From NCBI RefSeq assembly GCF_039654945.1, contig NW_027361673.1, forward strand, positions 26,102,001 to 26,166,000: 64,000 nucleotides of DNA, read 5' to 3'. Below the pieces are notes generated by a model. That model ran no database searches. It was not told the origin of the DNA and worked only from the letters and a program-made list of their open reading frames with translations. Shown here piece by piece: positions 60,143-64,000 of the stretch. This DNA is from Dendrobates tinctorius (lineage: Eukaryota). Position 1 is the stretch's first letter. The number at the start of each line of letters is the position of its first letter. A program made the position numbers and the translations under genes.

Positions 60143-63100
60143 ATGAGTGGTGATGTTAAAATTCTAAGTTGGAACGTACGGGGAATGTCAGATCCAAATA
60201 AAAGAGCGGCAGTTATGGCAGAAATTAGAAAGCATAACCCAGATATCGCATGTATATTAGAAACTCATTTGATTAAAGGAAAGGAAAATTGGTTAGAGAA
60301 AAAGTGGGTCACTCGGGCCTATCACTCTATGTATTCGGCTTACGCAAGGGGCGTATCTGTACTAATACACTCTCACACTCATTATGAAGAAATTGACACT
60401 TATATAGATAAGGACGGTCAGTTTGTTTCTCTGCATTGTCGAATTTCTGGAATATGCATAATTGTGGTGGCCCTCTATATTCCACCCCCATATTCGAAAA
60501 AGAAACTACAGGAGATTTTTGAGTGGATTGGGGGGAGAGGGGATTGCCCAGTGCTAATATTAGGGGACGTCAATAATGTTATGAATGAGTATTGGGACCG
60601 GGCGGGCAGTGAGGGAAATTGCCCTAGGAAAGATAGGATGACCCCATTTGGGACATATGTTAGTGAAATGGATATGATAGACCTATGGAGAGTACGCAAT
60701 GAGGGGAAGAAATGCTTTTCGTGTTATTCGACTTCGTATCATACTCTATCACGCATAGATTTGGCACTGGGTAATAGGGGCATGGACAGATTGGTTGGAA
60801 CAGTGGAATACTTACAGAGACTTATCTCCGATCACAGGGCAGTTGAGGTTAGTCTGAGATTGGGAGTGGGGACAAAGAGGAGAGTAGGAGGGACGATTCA
60901 TCCGGAATGGCTCAAATGCTTAAACATGGGAACTATTAGGAATGATATTGCTGAGTTCTTTCAGTTAAAAGAAGGCACTGCAGATCCACTCATAGTATGG
61001 GATGCTATGAAAGCTTATCTGCGGGGTTTATTCATACGAGATATCTCGAGGCAGAAGACACGAACGAGGCAGGTAAACCAAGAGGCTGCTGAGAGACTCA
61101 GCAGGGCAGAGGAAGAGATGATAGTTAGTCCCAATGCCGACACCCAGAAAGCATTAAAAGAAGCACAAGAAGAAGTAAATAAGTTATATTTACAAGGGAT
61201 AAATAAGAAAAGGGCATTCCAAAAGGCACTGTTCTATGAAGAGGGAGAAAAGGTGGGACACTTATTATCAGTGATTACTGCTGCGCAGAAAAAAACCATC
61301 ACAAATATACAAAATTGTCACTAAAGATGGGGCAGTTCATAGGGATACCATCGGGATATTGGATTGTTTTAAGGAATATTATGTAGAATTGTATACCTCG
61401 GAATTGAGGGCCTCGGACTTGGAGTTGGATAAATAGGTACAAGGGATAGAGTTACCTAGGTTAGATGATTCTGATAAACAAAATTTGGAAGCATTATTCA
61501 CTGTAGAAGAGGTAGAGAAGGCTATCCTATCATTATCAAATGACAGGTCACCTGGATCTGACGGGATACCGGGAGAAATGTATAAAGATTTAATAGAAAT
61601 TGTAGCGCCTAAGTTTAAGCATGTACTTGAGGTGGCAGCTGAGAAGGGGGTATTGCCAAGCTCTATGAGGGAGGCTGTAATCGTGGTGATTCCTAAAGAA
61701 GGGAAAGATGCCTCATCCATAGAATCCTATAGACCAATCTCGTTATTGACATCAGATGTTAAAATACTAGCCAAAATGTTGGCGATAAGAATGTCTAGAG
61801 TTGTCCCAAAATTAATACATCCAGACCAATCAGGGTTCCTGCAAAACAGATCTACCGCTATTAACCTGCGAAGACTGTTTTTAAATATTCAAATCCCAGC
61901 AGATAATAGGGGGGAAAGGGTGGTGGCCTCACTGGACGCACGGAAAGCCTTTGACAGGGTAGAGTGGAAGTATTTATGGGCAGTATTGAATTGTATGGGA
62001 TTTGGGCACAGATTTATTTCTTGGGTTAAGTTATTGTATGTGGACCCGAAAGGATATATTAGGATTAATGGGGAGACTTCGGGGGCATTTGGGTTGTTCA
62101 GAGGAACTCGTCAGGGTTGTCCATTGTCACCGTTATTGTTTGCTGTGGCGATGGAACCGTTAGCGATTAAAATTCGCAATTCCAAAGAAATACAAGGCTT
62201 TAGATATGGGGAGCTGGAGGAAAAGATCGCCCTTTACGCGGACGATATACTCCTGTTCTTAAAAGACAGTGGAGAGACACTGACTGCGGTCATGGACCTT
62301 ATAGGGGAATTTGGTTTCTTTTCCGGATTGAGAATTAATTGGGACAAGTCATGTATCATGGGGATTGATGGAGAGTTGGGATGTCGAGCTGTAGGGGAGG
62401 CGGTTGGTCATTTGAAAGTAGTTAAGGAGTTTAAATACCTCGGAATATGGGTATCTATGCCTGTATCCAGATATCTCGAACTAAACTTCGACCCATTACT
62501 AGTTAAATTCAAAGTTAAAATGACAGCATGGTGTAAGTTAGTACTATCAATAGTGGGGAGGACGAATCTAATTAAAATGATAATGATGCCTCAGTTGATG
62601 TATGTCCTCCATAATGCCCCGGTTTGGATTCCAAAGAAAAAATTTTATAAAGTTAATACCATTTTTAGAGAACTGATCTGGGGGAAAAAACAAGCAAAAA
62701 TTAAATTGGAAATACTGCAAAGGGGGAAGGATGAGGGAGGGTTGGCGGCGCCAAATCCATGGATATACTTTGTAGCAACGCAGGGGCAGCACTTTAGGGG
62801 CTGGCGAGAGGAGGGGAACTTGAGCGTTATGGGGAAATTTTGGTCCAACTGACCAACAAGAGAACATTGGTACAAAGTTTGGAAGCAGGAAGTTTTGGGA
62901 GACTTGGGAAGGACGTGCCCACATTCGGACTTATGCACAAGATATGGCAGCATATCAAACTTCTTAGACGAGTTGAGGAACTGACGATATACACACCTAT
63001 TTGGGATAATGTGAATCTATCGGAACTATATAAACTGAAGGACTTTATCGATTGGGAGAGGAGAGGTTTGCAATATGTGTGGCAATTATTGGAGGGGTCT

Positions 63101-63904
63101 GAGATCAAGCCTTTCTCTGTTCTTAAAGAAGAGTTTGGACTCTCATGTAGTGGGGAATTTCGATATTATGGCCTTAGGCATGCATTTCAAGCACAGAAAC
63201 AGACAATGAATATGACGGTACAGAGGGATGTGGTGCTGGATTATGTGTGTGCACCCGGGGGTACTAGAGGTGCTATCTCTACCATTTATAAAGATCTATT
63301 ATACTCTTACTTGGCTGGGTTTCCTCTAATAGTAAAATCTAAATGGGAGAGAGAAGTGGGGGACATGGTAGATGAGACATGGGAGACCATCTTAGAGTAT
63401 ATACCTAAACTTTCTTTGAGTGAGCCGGGTAGGATATCTCAACTATATATCATTCATAGAACTTATAAGACCCCAGAACTTATGAGGAAAATGGGCTTGA
63501 GGGACAACGCGGAGTGTCCAAGATGCGGGTACGAACCTGCGGGACTGCTTCATATGCTCTGGTCCTGTCCAGGACTTTTGTCATACTGGGAAGAGGTTAT
63601 AGGGCTTGTTGAGAAGATATACCGATGTGATATAGGAAGAGATCCAATTACGTGTGTGTTGGGATATGTGGAGGAGGTGTCGGTGGGAAATGCCTATAAA
63701 TCCATCATAGCAAAACTTTTATATACTGCCCGCAAGCTGATCGCACAAAAATGGATTGATGTTGTACCCCCAACGATTGGGGAGTTTGTCACTCGTGTGA
63801 ATAATGTAATCCGATTGGAAGAGAGAATTTATAGAAAACGACATAAAGAGGCACACTTTGAAAAACTCTGGGCCATGTGGTTACAGTCGAGACAATCACA
63901 TTGA
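60143..63904 (+). pseudogene. L1 ORF2 (APE endonuclease, RT, Cys-rich domain) with two frameshifts and one stop
   Basis: SWNVRG, SRID, SDH; QGCPLSP, YADD; CPRC...HMLWSC. Lesions near 61290, 61435 and 62840. Confidence 0.92.
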
Positions 63905-64000
63905 GAAAGTCTGTATTGCAGTAGGGAAGGGGGGGAGGGAGGAGTGAGGAGGTTGGTTCTGTTTTTTATTTTCTTCTTTTTGACGGGGAAGAAATTGAAT

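Larger units (their letters stand above)
58464..64000 (+). mobile_element. L1-clade LINE with both ORFs; the 3' end runs off the window
   Basis: G-rich 5' start, ORF1, spacer, ORF2 and beginning of the 3' UTR. Confidence 0.92.

Noticed and set aside
44161-64000. Further upstream TCAIM exons
   Set aside because: I found no matching peptide in the non-repeat gaps (44.2-45.3 kb and 55.7-56.3 kb). They are probably outside the window, though a small exon could be missed without tblastn.

Overview
This is eukaryotic genomic DNA. The repeat landscape suggests a frog, but that is inference only. The only host gene I can support is the 3' end of TCAIM on the minus strand: three coding exons at 33682-33450, 28292-28161 and 21804-21579, with earlier exons apparently beyond the right edge. 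Nearly everything else is nested transposable elements. Positions 1-19008 hold a triple-nested Ty3/Gypsy stack: a decayed Gmr1-type element with a SCAN-like Gag, containing a decayed sushi-type chromovirus, containing a very young chromovirus with an uninterrupted pol ORF. Further along are a Tc1 element, several TTAA-flanked piggyBac-like non-autonomous elements, T2/Kolobok-like and Harbinger MITEs, a V-SINE-like element and two Penelope-like elements, one with hammerhead cores. There are also a 10.3-kb PIF/Harbinger element, a DIRS1-type element with both ends, a CR1 fragment, two solo LTRs and two L1 copies. The most unusual feature is an array of about 12 long stem-loops, 124 bp apart, in an intron of the Harbinger MADF gene; it resembles a transposon-borne pri-miRNA cluster. 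All calls come from manual reading; no database search or folding program was run.
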